This document shows, piece by piece, positions 9,627 through 17,880 of a stretch of 32,000 bases of DNA (the stretch's first letter is position 1; each line of letters starts with the position of its first letter). The translations under genes were made by a program, and so were the position numbers. Source of the stretch: Candidatus Heimdallarchaeota archaeon B3_Heim. Lineage in GTDB: Archaea > Asgardarchaeota > Heimdallarchaeia > Hodarchaeales > Hodarchaeaceae. The stretch lies in the NCBI GenBank assembly GCA_003144275.1, contig NJBF01000035.1:1-32000 (forward strand), given 5' to 3'. The notes beneath the pieces are model-generated. The model made no database searches and was not told the origin of the DNA. It saw only the letters and a program-made list of their open reading frames with translations.

Positions 9627-9642
9627 TTATGTAATTACATAA
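9627..9642. promoter_or_regulatory. Perfect 16-bp palindrome, possible operator
   Basis: TTATGTAATTACATAA, ~140 bp upstream of the NYN gene. Confidence 0.35.
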
Positions 9643-9762
9643 TTGGGTGACATAAAATTGCTTTATCAAAATGGGCAACATACTTAATTTGTACACTGGA
9701 ATTTCATATTTTGAAATGTGATCGAAGTTTTTGTAACACTTTCTTCTATGAAGAAACTTTTT

Positions 9763-9780
9763 TTCGTCGTCAAACCAGCC
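9763..9780 (+). repeat. CCAGCC-core site 1 (left arm plus core)
   Basis: ttcgtcgtcaaa-CCAGCC. It shares cgtcgtcaaaccagc with site 2. Confidence 0.7.
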
Positions 9781-9866
9781 TTATCGATGATTCTTATCAA
9801 TGGATTTTTCAAAAGAATGTCATTATGCATATATTTTTAGATACCGAAGGACGGAAGAAGAATTAG

Positions 9867-9973
9867 TGAAGCTGGTGGGATTTGAACCCACGCCCCCCCT
9901 TGAGGAACGTGTAAATGTTGCTCAAAATTGCACTTTCCTCAAGGAGGGTGTTCTGCCACTAAACTACAGCTTC
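9867..9973 (-). tRNA. tRNA-like gene with a ~37-nt insertion in the anticodon arm; identity unresolved; no encoded CCA
   Basis: Acceptor stem GAAGCTG/CAGCTTC with A73, D-arm GTTT-AGTGGCA-GAAC, T-arm GTGGG-TTCAAAT-CCCAC. The anticodon stem CCCTC/GGGGG is extended by CTTGAGGAA/TTCCTCAAG. Confidence 0.75.
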
Positions 9974-9975
9974 TC

Positions 9976-11010
9976 TTAATCATATTGGAATTTCATATAT
10001 TCCATGATTTCGTGAGATTTAATATTATATTGTTCCTCGGCATATTTAATAAATTTGTTCTTGAATCTCTTCTCTTGATTAGGATCTTCGAAAATATATT
10101 TCTTCTTTGTTTTATATTTTTCAAGCACGTGAGCTATAATCGTATCTTTATCTAAAGCTTCTAATACATTTTTATCAATTATAGAAGATAATTCTCTTAT
10201 AAGGACTAATATTTCAACCATTTCTGCTTCGTCCATCTTTTCTTTAATCATTTTTGCCTCTTTTTTACCCTTATTTGCTTCTCTTCCGTTCTTTTTCTGC
10301 ACTACCTTATGCATAATCGGTTTAGCAAAATTTATGTTGGAAAACCTTTTCTTTTTCTTATTTCTTCTAATTTCACTCCAATATTGATTAAGCAAAACAC
10401 CTTTAGATGAGATTAATTCTGCAAGGGATTTTGTTTGCTTTTTTCTATCATGGACGATATGATTCCTCCTTTTTCTAATATAGTCATTTGTGTCAATTAT
10501 ATTTTGATCAAAGCATCTTTGATCTTCACAATCCCTTTCTGGGAAGAGATAATTACTTAGAGATAATAATATGGTATTACATTTCTTTTCTGGATTTCCT
10601 TCTTGAGAATTCGGGTTGACAATTGAGTTTGTTTGAGATCCTGTCCGTATCTTCTTAATGAATTTGAAGAGCGACAATAAATAGTCTTCAAAAATTGAAT
10701 ACGTAAAAACGAAGGTAGATTCAAATGTAAATTCTCTCGATTTACTAAAATCGGTGTCAAAATCATTAAGTTTTACATTATATTTCTTAGAACGAGCTAT
10801 AGAGGAAAAACAATCCTCGGTTAAACAATCAGGTTGAGACTTGATTAGAACCTCATTCTTCATTATGAAAAAGTCTTGAACGAACAGTGTTAATTGGAGA
10901 TCTCTGTTGATTTGTGAAATTTTTTTTCTTAATTTCAGAATTTCTTTGGATCTCATTTCTTTCTCATCAACTTCAAATAATATGTGTAATTTGATAATGT
11001 AAAAGCTCAT
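9976..11010 (-). CDS. Putative HEPN-domain protein
   Basis: All-helical appearance, YSIFEDYL followed downstream by RRNHIVH (Rx4H HEPN motif). Confidence 0.6.
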   Translation of the reverse strand: MSFYIIKLHILFEVDEKEMRSKEILKLRKKISQINRDLQLTLFVQDFFIMKNEVLIKSQPDCLTEDCFSSIARSKKYNVKLNDFDTDFSKSREFTFESTFVFTYSIFEDYLLSLFKFIKKIRTGSQTNSIVNPNSQEGNPEKKCNTILLSLSNYLFPERDCEDQRCFDQNIIDTNDYIRKRRNHIVHDRKKQTKSLAELISSKGVLLNQYWSEIRRNKKKKRFSNINFAKPIMHKVVQKKNGREANKGKKEAKMIKEKMDEAEMVEILVLIRELSSIIDKNVLEALDKDTIIAHVLEKYKTKKKYIFEDPNQEKRFKNKFIKYAEEQYNIKSHEIMEYMKFQYD

Positions 11011-11134
11011 TGGCGAATGGATATTTATTTATTTTTTCTGATAGATTGGGAAGTGATGATTAAAAGACTAGCATTTAGCCTAATTAAATGAATCAGAGGA
11101 AATATGCATATGAATAAATGGAGATGTTTTCCAT

Positions 11135-11731
11135 ATGTCTAAAATTATAGAAAAATTTCAGCAATTTTCTTTCAGTAAAGAAAAATTCCTAAAAAGGAGT
11201 GAATATAGAAAACTAGATAGGAGATGGAGGGAGATAATCTACAAAATTCCAATTGTTGATAACATCAACGAATTTATTCTCATCAAATTCTTACTGCATT
11301 TCCAAACTCAAATCAAACAGATACAAAAATTCCCTTTTGTTTTTGCTTATGAATTTCCCATAGATCCAGAAATGAGTAATAAAGGTAAGTTGGATTTAAT
11401 TTTAGTAAATCAAGATAAGAATAGAGTTGAATATTTAATAGTTGAGGTAAAATACCTTCAAAATAGGACGGGACCTACTTCTCGTGAAAGCAGAAGACGG
11501 AAACGCCGAAAAGTAGAACAACAGTCTTCGATTAATAGGATAAAATTCCAAGCATTATTCCCCAAAGCAATCGTAAATTCGATATTTATAACAAATGAGA
11601 GCTTCTCACAAGTGAGAAATTTGCATCAAGAGTATGGAGATTTTGCTGAAAAGGAATGGCAAAAGATCTACAATATCTACCCAGTTTTGAAGGATCAAAG
11701 AATATCTAATGAAGAAAATCCAATAAAATAA
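11135..11731 (+). CDS. Putative PD-(D/E)XK nuclease-fold protein
   Basis: YEFP...GKLDLILV...LIVEVK matches the E...D...ExK arrangement. Confidence 0.6.
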   Translation: MSKIIEKFQQFSFSKEKFLKRSEYRKLDRRWREIIYKIPIVDNINEFILIKFLLHFQTQIKQIQKFPFVFAYEFPIDPEMSNKGKLDLILVNQDKNRVEYLIVEVKYLQNRTGPTSRESRRRKRRKVEQQSSINRIKFQALFPKAIVNSIFITNESFSQVRNLHQEYGDFAEKEWQKIYNIYPVLKDQRISNEENPIK

Positions 11732-11956
11732 TAGGAATTGAATTAAATTATAAACTGGAACCGGACAGTATAAGGGGGATTTAGTAAATTCGGAAAAACA
11801 AGTGATTTTAATGACCCCTAAATCTTAGGTGATTACTAATGAATCATTCCATTGATCAGGATCAGCAGGTTAGATGTTGTATGTAAGTTTTATGATTTTT
11901 CTTTTTTAATTATCATTAAAACGGTATTTTTACATCTATGAATTGACTCAAACCGA

Positions 11957-11973
11957 AACGTCGTCAAACCAGC
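11957..11973 (+). repeat. CCAGCC-core site 2, left part (split by IS)
   Basis: aacgtcgtcaaa-CCAGC is followed immediately by the IS left end. Confidence 0.8.
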
Positions 11974-13252
11974 CAGTTCTTCGTATCACCTCCTTGAAAA
12001 CTCCTCCTGTCTTCTAAAAAGTGCTTGATGCCATGATGTGACAATGAATTCGCAGAAATCGTTCGCTGAATAAACAAAATCGGCTCGACATCGCCGACTA
12101 GCTGATTTTAAGATGTGAATCGGTGATTTAAAGTAGGCCCAGAAATTACACAACCAAAATGCAATGAGAACAAGAATGAATCTAAGAGTTGGGTTTTGAG
12201 AACAACTAAAGATTTGAAATCGGTGCATCTGACGATAATAGGTCTCAATCGTGAATCTTCGACGGTAAAGTAAAGCTATCTTCTTTCCTGAAAGATTACA
12301 TGTAGTGGGAACAACTAAAGCTATAACACGAGTACCCTCTTGACACAGAGCAAGTTTTACTGGAAATCTCTCGCGGGTGTGACCTTTATTCAATTTATAA
12401 TTCACGATTAGGGCATCCCCTTTTTGAAGTAACTTTTCTTTATGTTTTTGTACTAAAGGTTTGACTCCCGAATTGACACGTCCACGAATAATGAAGAAGA
12501 CCTGTTCACTAACAAGCCACTTAATGAAATCCCAGTTATAGAAGCTACCGTCCGCCAATATTCCAACAATTCGTTCTTGAGTGAGTAAAGGCATCAAAAG
12601 GTTCTGAGCTGTCTTGAAAACAGAATGCTTTGTAGGAACGAGTTGAACCCCTAACGTGATTGGTTCGGGTGCATTTATCCAAATAACCGTTATATACTGA
12701 TAAAATTTATGAGTACTGGCCTTTTTCTTACCTTTACAGATGTAAGGAGAAACCGTCCTTGCATAGTTAGGATCAGTATGAAAATCGATCGCTAACAACA
12801 TTCCTTGCTTTCTTGCGCTTTGAAAGTTCTCGGGAAGACTTTCAAGAAACTTAAGAAAGCCGATTTGTTGTGAGAGCGTAATTTCCTCAACAGAATTTGT
12901 TCTTAACCATGCCAGGGTAGCTTCCCCAGAGGGAATTGGGAGATGTAGCTCGCGAAGATCTCGAGCCTTCCGAGAAATGGAGGTTCGATCGAGTGCGGTA
13001 AGTAAAAGTAATTTTAACCTGCCTTTCATAGTAAACGGTGATTTAGCAGGAATGGGGGTTGACAAGAATTGAAATCTATCCAACCAGCGTACCATAAAGT
13101 TTATAAGAGTCGGAGTTTTTCTAGCTTTACGTGGCGGAAAGCGAGGTAACTTAAGTTTGGTCATTTGAGTGATTCCTCGCTGGAATCCACTTTTAAAGGT
13201 TTCCCCTCCTTTTTTTTCATCCCGCTCAAAAAAATGAAGTTACGAAGTACTG
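11974..13252 (-). mobile_element. Complete ISH3-family insertion sequence, 1279 bp
   Basis: Terminal inverted repeats cagttcttcgta (11974-11985) and tacgaagtactg (13241-13252), 11/12 match. The 4-bp target duplication CAGC is at 11970-11973 and 13253-13256. Confidence 0.9.
11986..13164 (-). CDS. DDE transposase, ISH3 (IS4-like) family
   Basis: LAIDFH, ILADGSF, YRRRFTIETYYR (Y-x2-R-x3-E). Confidence 0.9.
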   Translation of the reverse strand: MTKLKLPRFPPRKARKTPTLINFMVRWLDRFQFLSTPIPAKSPFTMKGRLKLLLLTALDRTSISRKARDLRELHLPIPSGEATLAWLRTNSVEEITLSQQIGFLKFLESLPENFQSARKQGMLLAIDFHTDPNYARTVSPYICKGKKKASTHKFYQYITVIWINAPEPITLGVQLVPTKHSVFKTAQNLLMPLLTQERIVGILADGSFYNWDFIKWLVSEQVFFIIRGRVNSGVKPLVQKHKEKLLQKGDALIVNYKLNKGHTRERFPVKLALCQEGTRVIALVVPTTCNLSGKKIALLYRRRFTIETYYRQMHRFQIFSCSQNPTLRFILVLIAFWLCNFWAYFKSPIHILKSASRRCRADFVYSANDFCEFIVTSWHQALFRRQEEFSRR

Positions 13253-13269
13253 CAGCCTTTGACGGAGTT
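13253..13269 (+). repeat. CCAGCC-core site 2, right part
   Basis: CAGCC-tttgacggagtt, identical to the right arm of site 3. Confidence 0.8.
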
Positions 13270-13331
13270 CATAAGTTAGAATAATTACTTGAGTAGGGAG
13301 TGTGTTGAATCCAATCCTATTCGCGAAATTC

Positions 13332-13619
13332 CTAGAACCATTTACTAACCCATTTGTTCAGCCATCTTATCTCAAATAATATTTTCCCCCAGTGCCAATA
13401 TCTACGTGGCTTATAGATTTTGACTTGCGGTACAGGTTCCGCATAGAAATTCCCTCTACCAAAACCAGCTTTACCCCCTCCAATTTCGACAAAACAAGAA
13501 CCAAAACCATTGTATCGTGTGGTTTTACCTTTTCCAGTTATTTTAACGGCAAGATTATGGGCAAGTACTTCTCTTTGATAATGAGCGAATACTCCTGCTT
13601 TGGGAAGTGGTTTCCCGAG
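13332..13619 (-). pseudogene. C-terminal remnant of a sulfide:quinone oxidoreductase-like FAD oxidoreductase
   Basis: GKPLPKAGVFA...GSCFVEIGGGKAGFGRGNFYAEP...WHWGKILFE is the typical C-terminus. The FAD-binding N-terminal ~300 aa are absent. Confidence 0.75.
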
Positions 13620-13721
13620 TTTACTACTTTTTCTAAAATTTGGGTACACATGAAGATTTAAAAATATTCAGTGTTCTGATTGTACAGTTGTAGCCTTTAA
13701 TTCTAAAAGGAGAAAAATAAA

Positions 13722-14309
13722 ATGGAAAATTCAAATATTATAGGAAGCTTACTTTTGATTATACTAGTGCCAACAACAATGTTCGTTGGTATGCCTATTA
13801 TTTATCCAAGTCTTCAAGCTGACCCCAATTCAACGGGGATTTTAATCCAGGAAAAACATAAATCTGTGAATACAATTGCAGCAATTTCCGATTGGGCAAC
13901 GATTTAATATTGTGATGTTCAGGATACTCATTTGGCAATAACTATCCAAAATAATTCTAAAATTCTGGCAATGTTTTCTTCTCCGTACTTATTAGTTATA
14001 TCAGACGACTTTGGACCAAATGAAGCATTAATTTTTAATATCGCATTGAATATTGGTACCGGTACAAAACGAGATACACGAATTGAATATACAGAATTAG
14101 GAAATGATCTAGCCAGTGCCAGACATATTGGAGGAAATATGTTTATACTCTGTGAAACTGAAAATTTACCTGCTGGGACTTATAATGTGACTGTATCTTG
14201 GATTTCCAAATCTACAGTGAATAATCCTGTTGGAACTAATCAATTACAATTTTCATCCATGTTTCAAAAACCCCAACGAACTTTATTGGTTCAAGAAATT
14301 AAAGGTTAG
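13722..14309 (+). pseudogene. Membrane-anchored protein gene interrupted by one in-frame TAA
   Basis: ORFs 13722-13907 and 13932-14309 are in the same frame, and the 8 intervening codons are open (YCDVQDTH). The only stop is TAA at 13905-13907. The N-terminus has a hydrophobic anchor. Confidence 0.7.
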
Positions 14310-14533
14310 TTTATTAGTTATTTTTAATATGAGAGGGTTTTTCCCTTACTTTTTTTATAAATTACTCAAGCAGATTCTTAAATTTTCATTAGATTTATGA
14401 TATTGATATGATCTGATCAGTAATAAATTTCTGATTAGTAATAGATATACAAAAAAAAGGTTATTGGTTCCGAAAATAAAGATTTACTACTATCTCGTCC
14501 CTAACGAAAGGGAAATGAGTATCTTACTAAAAA

Positions 14534-14700
14534 CGGCGCTGCTCCAGTGAGTAATCCGGCTTCTGTTCCCTCTGTTTCGTTACCTTTACAGAGTTCCTGA
14601 CATTAACCTTAGCGCTACTCTCCACAATCTCCGAAGAGATATGTTTTTCAGCTTGCATTCGCTGAGGATGCTCGTTTCACCGTTTCCCTATTCTTCCTCT
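14534..14700 (-). ncRNA. rnpB: 3' half of an archaeal type A RNase P RNA
   Basis: In order on the minus strand: ggtgaaacgagcatcc (CR-III-like), gaatgcaagc, a hairpin atctc-TTCG-gagat, gctaaggttaatgtc (CR-IV-like), a P19-like stem ctctgt/acagag, aacagaagccggattac (CR-V/P4), then a T-run. No GAGGAAAGUCC-type CR-I is found upstream. Confidence 0.7.
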
Positions 14701-14710
14701 GAAGATTATC

Positions 14711-14848
14711 TTATCATCTGTTACCAGTGACTTCACCGCTTCTACTGAGGAACAGACAGCTTCTATGAGTGAAATGACCGATACAGCTCAAAATCTAACT
14801 GAAATGGCTTTAGAATTGTCTAGTCTGGCCTCAAGGTTTAAAGTTTAA
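14711..14848 (+). pseudogene. C-terminal remnant of a methyl-accepting chemotaxis protein
   Basis: Translates LSSVTSDFTASTEEQTASMSEMTDTAQNLTEMALELSSLASRFKV-stop (EEQ methylation helix and FKV end). No MCP-like sequence lies upstream. Confidence 0.75.
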
Positions 14849-15044
14849 ACCTTCCTTCTCTCTTTTCTTTATTATTTCATTTTCAACGGAAATGTTTGAC
14901 GAATTTTCAGAACTAACCTATTCGGGATATTCTGGGCATCTTTTGATGATATTTAAATGAGAAAGCCTAGTAGGTATTCAGAGGTAAGTTTATCTCTAAT
15001 TACAATCTCTTTATAGGTTTTTAACTTCAATAGAGGATAAGTAG

Positions 15045-15401
15045 ATGTTTCGGAATCTCCCAATAATAAAACCGATTGAATATACTAATAGTCATCTGAA
15101 ACCTGTTGAAAAACAAAATATTCACCTTTTTTGTGTACAAACCCATCCTGATAAACTCCACCCCATTCCTTTCTCTTCAGAACCATTGAATGAGGATATG
15201 GTTTATCTTTTCATTAATGATGTCTTGCGAAAAATCTTTTTGTGGGTTGGTACGACTGCTTCGATCCGATCCAAATTCGTTGGCGCACATTCAGCTATCG
15301 TACTCCAACGAAAAACAGGGATTACTTATCGAGTAGAAAATATTGATGAGGATCATGAGTCGGCTGACTTTCGTAGGACTATATCGGTATTTGAAGCCTA
15401 A
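15045..15401 (+). CDS. Single gelsolin/villin-like domain protein
   Basis: LNEDMVYLF...IFLWVGTTASIRSKFVGAHSA...VENIDEDHESADF fits the gelsolin-repeat pattern. Confidence 0.8.
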   Translation: MFRNLPIIKPIEYTNSHLKPVEKQNIHLFCVQTHPDKLHPIPFSSEPLNEDMVYLFINDVLRKIFLWVGTTASIRSKFVGAHSAIVLQRKTGITYRVENIDEDHESADFRRTISVFEA

Positions 15402-15463
15402 TTAACCACAGAGATTTCTTTCTACAAAAGTGGGAGCTTTGCGTTGTTTATATTAGAAAAAGA

Positions 15464-15513
15464 ATATACTCGGGTATATATTTTTCTTATCTAAACCAGC
15501 CTTTGACGGAGTT
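15464..15513 (+). repeat. CCAGCC-core site 3
   Basis: ATATAC-tcgg-GTATAT, 16 nt, CCAGCC, tttgacggagtt. Confidence 0.8.
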
Positions 15514-15691
15514 GGTGAAAAAAAATCATTTTACTAAGCCCTCAAGGGAAAAATAGAATATACAATCTAAGTTTGAACCCCCCTACTTTTAAGTCTTAAT
15601 TGTCAAGACGTTGGCTATTACTGAATTTCATAGATGGCTTTATTATTCAGAAAGTATAAAATTGAAGTTGAATAACAATAAGGGAAATATT

Positions 15692-15850
15692 ATGTCAAAA
15701 AGATTATGTAATACTTGTGAGGAAGAAAAAGGACCTCAAAACGGGAAAGAATGCCCCAATGGTCACTTTATTTGTAAAGATTGCCTCTATAGTGGAATGA
15801 TTTTATCAGAACAGCCATTTTGCTCCTTCTGTGGTGAAGCTTTAGAATAA
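15692..15850 (+). CDS. Stand-alone C3HC4 RING-finger protein (52 aa)
   Basis: C-x2-C-x11-C-x3-H-x2-C-x2-C-x12-C-x2-C. The ATG at 15692 is preferred over the TTG at 15611. Confidence 0.75.
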   Translation: MSKRLCNTCEEEKGPQNGKECPNGHFICKDCLYSGMILSEQPFCSFCGEALE

Positions 15851-15946
15851 AAATGATAATAATCCAATTAACCATTAAACGATGCCTACAAGAGACTGAA
15901 GAATTTTAGATCTTCCTGTTAACTGCAAACGTTGATTTGGTCTTCT

Positions 15947-16816
15947 TTATTTTCTTTTCATATTCTGGACTTTTATTCGTTTTGTGAGTTCTTCCGCAAA
16001 TTTCTTGTCAGTGGACGCGGTCAATCGTTTCATAGTTGTATCATATCCATTGATCTGTTCTTCTTCCAATGTCCTAGAATAGTTTTCTGACGGATCGATT
16101 TCCTCCAGCATTTCAATTAAGGTGTTTCTCTCCTCTTTCGACATGACTCTTGGATCAGTCATAGCTGCTGCTCTAGTATAAATCTTTTCATCCAATAGGG
16201 ATTTTAATGCTTTGAAGGGAAGTTTGAAATATTTACCTATGGCACCCGTTACCTGAGTGAAGGTTTCTGGAGTGGCTGCTTTAAATGATACTCGTACGTA
16301 GAGTTTATCTTTAAATTCAGCTAGTTGCTTCACATAGTTCAAGTCATTACCAAGAAGAATTCCGTTTGTTTCCAGGATGAAAAGAGAATACTTCGAGGTC
16401 ATTATATAAGGCAATAGGGCTAGTAAATGTTCTTTTCCTAACGTTGGTTCACTCCCTGATAAGCGAAGCTTCTCAATTTTGATATTTTTAAAACGCTGCC
16501 ATCCTTTAGCAGTAATTCCTTCTTCTGCTGCTTTAAACAACCTCTTTGCTACCTTTTCTGGTGAGTGAAATGATCCATATGTCTCGGGGAAGTCCCTCGA
16601 CCAATTCCCCCAACAATAAATACAGCGTAAACAACATCCCACAGCATACCCTGTCGCGATTCCACCATAAACGGGAGCTGAATAAATACTTACATACTTC
16701 CTCTCCAATCCCGCAGAACCTGTTCTCGTCACTATCTTCTCTGTTTTTTTTGCCAGCTCTAATGGATCAAACGGTCGAAAACCTGGAATCAAAAAACGTT
16801 GATACTTGTTCTGCAC
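15947..16816 (-). CDS. Uncharacterised archaeal radical SAM protein (MJ0804/COG5014-like)
   Basis: YGGIATGYAVGCCLRCIYCW, RLSGSEP, ILETNGILLG, VRVSFK. Confidence 0.85.
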   Translation of the reverse strand: MQNKYQRFLIPGFRPFDPLELAKKTEKIVTRTGSAGLERKYVSIYSAPVYGGIATGYAVGCCLRCIYCWGNWSRDFPETYGSFHSPEKVAKRLFKAAEEGITAKGWQRFKNIKIEKLRLSGSEPTLGKEHLLALLPYIMTSKYSLFILETNGILLGNDLNYVKQLAEFKDKLYVRVSFKAATPETFTQVTGAIGKYFKLPFKALKSLLDEKIYTRAAAMTDPRVMSKEERNTLIEMLEEIDPSENYSRTLEEEQINGYDTTMKRLTASTDKKFAEELTKRIKVQNMKRK

Positions 16817-16901
16817 TTAATATCACCTACCTTGAGCTTGTCACAAAAGGTTTTTTTCAAGTAGATTTTACTATGTGTTGGTAATATTCCTGTTAATCAG
16901 G

Positions 16902-16951
16902 GTATACTGGCATATATACTTTTCCTAGGTAAGCCAGCCATGGACGACATT
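16902..16951 (+). repeat. CCAGCC-core site 4
   Basis: GTATAC-tggc-ATATAT, 16 nt, CCAGCC, atggacgacatt. Confidence 0.75.
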
Positions 16952-17085
16952 GATTTCTTATAAATGGACTATCAATGAGGGTAGAATGTCCAAATTATTC
17001 ATGAATATCAAATATCCAAGCACTCATTCCTTTTTCTTAGCTTATCGCTCTAATAATTTTCCTAAATAGATACTTTTTTATATGA

Positions 17086-17126
17086 ATGTTAGAAATATTT
17101 AACATGATGTTAGAAATATCTAACGT
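17086..17126 (+). promoter_or_regulatory. Tandem palindromic operators directly downstream of a TATA-like box
   Basis: atgttagaaatatttaacat and atgttagaaatatctaacgt, 21-bp period, each GTTAG-N6-(C/T)TAAC. TTTTATA lies just upstream. Confidence 0.7.
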
Positions 17127-17154
17127 GTAAACCGAAGGAGAAATATGAAAAAAA

Positions 17155-17880
17155 ATGATCAAGGTCAAAAATCTAACAAAAGAATTTAATGGTATAACTG
17201 CTGTTAATGATATCAGTTTTCAGGTTGAGGAAGGAGAAGTGTTTGCTTTTCTTGGTCCTAATGGTGCTGGAAAGACTACTACTGTGAATATATTATCAAC
17301 ACTGTTAGCACCGACTTCTGGTAAAGCTATAGTTGCTGGGTATGATGTTTCAAAAAAGGGAATAAAAATCAGGCGTTTGATAGGTTACTTACCAGAGGAT
17401 TTCGGATTATACCCAGGTTTAACAATTATTCAAAACCTTGATTTTTTCGGAGGATTGTATAAAATCAGTAAGAATGAAAGAAAAGTCAGAATTGAGGAAT
17501 TGCTTGAGTTTTTCGATATATGGGAAAAGAAGAATGCTCCTGTTTCAACCCTTTCCAAAGGAACAAAACAAAAAGTTAGTTTAGCGAAAGCTATGATTCA
17601 TAATCCAGAGATTCTTTTTTTAGATGAACCTACCTCAGGTCTTGACCCTATGATAGCAAAAGAAGTTTTAGACATGATAACTGAACTGAAAAAAGATGGT
17701 AAAACGATACTCATGACAACACATCTCTTAGCTAGAGCAGAAAAGGTTTGTGACTCTGTAGCACTCATAAGTGAGGGTGAAATTCTTTGTGTAGGAAAAA
17801 TAGCTGAAATTAAGTCTGAATTGAAAACCTCGACACTAGAAGATGTTTATTTTGCGGTGATAGGTGAGAATCATGGTTGA
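17155..17880 (+). CDS. ABC transporter ATP-binding protein (exporter type)
   Basis: GPNGAGKTT, LSKGTKQK, LFLDEPTSGLD, TTH. Confidence 0.95.
   Translation: MIKVKNLTKEFNGITAVNDISFQVEEGEVFAFLGPNGAGKTTTVNILSTLLAPTSGKAIVAGYDVSKKGIKIRRLIGYLPEDFGLYPGLTIIQNLDFFGGLYKISKNERKVRIEELLEFFDIWEKKNAPVSTLSKGTKQKVSLAKAMIHNPEILFLDEPTSGLDPMIAKEVLDMITELKKDGKTILMTTHLLARAEKVCDSVALISEGEILCVGKIAEIKSELKTSTLEDVYFAVIGENHG

Noticed and set aside
9740-9764. tttcttc-tat-gaagaaa hairpin followed by a T-run, as a terminator
   Set aside because: It is a weak AT-rich stem with a 3-nt loop and no plus-strand gene upstream to terminate.
9867-9973. tRNA-Sec or tRNA-Pyl assignment (a TCA triplet and short variable region are present)
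   Set aside because: There is no CT-TCA-AA loop, long variable arm or extended acceptor of tRNA-Sec, and no CTA anticodon or reduced D-loop of tRNA-Pyl.
9928-13661. ORFs 9928-10155, 10557-10766 and 13392-13661
   Set aside because: They overlap the tRNA-like gene, the HEPN gene or the SQR remnant and have no motifs.
15611-15691. 27-codon N-terminal extension of the RING ORF from TTG
   Set aside because: It is low-complexity, promoter-like sequence. The ATG at 15692 has an AGGG motif upstream and directly precedes the domain.
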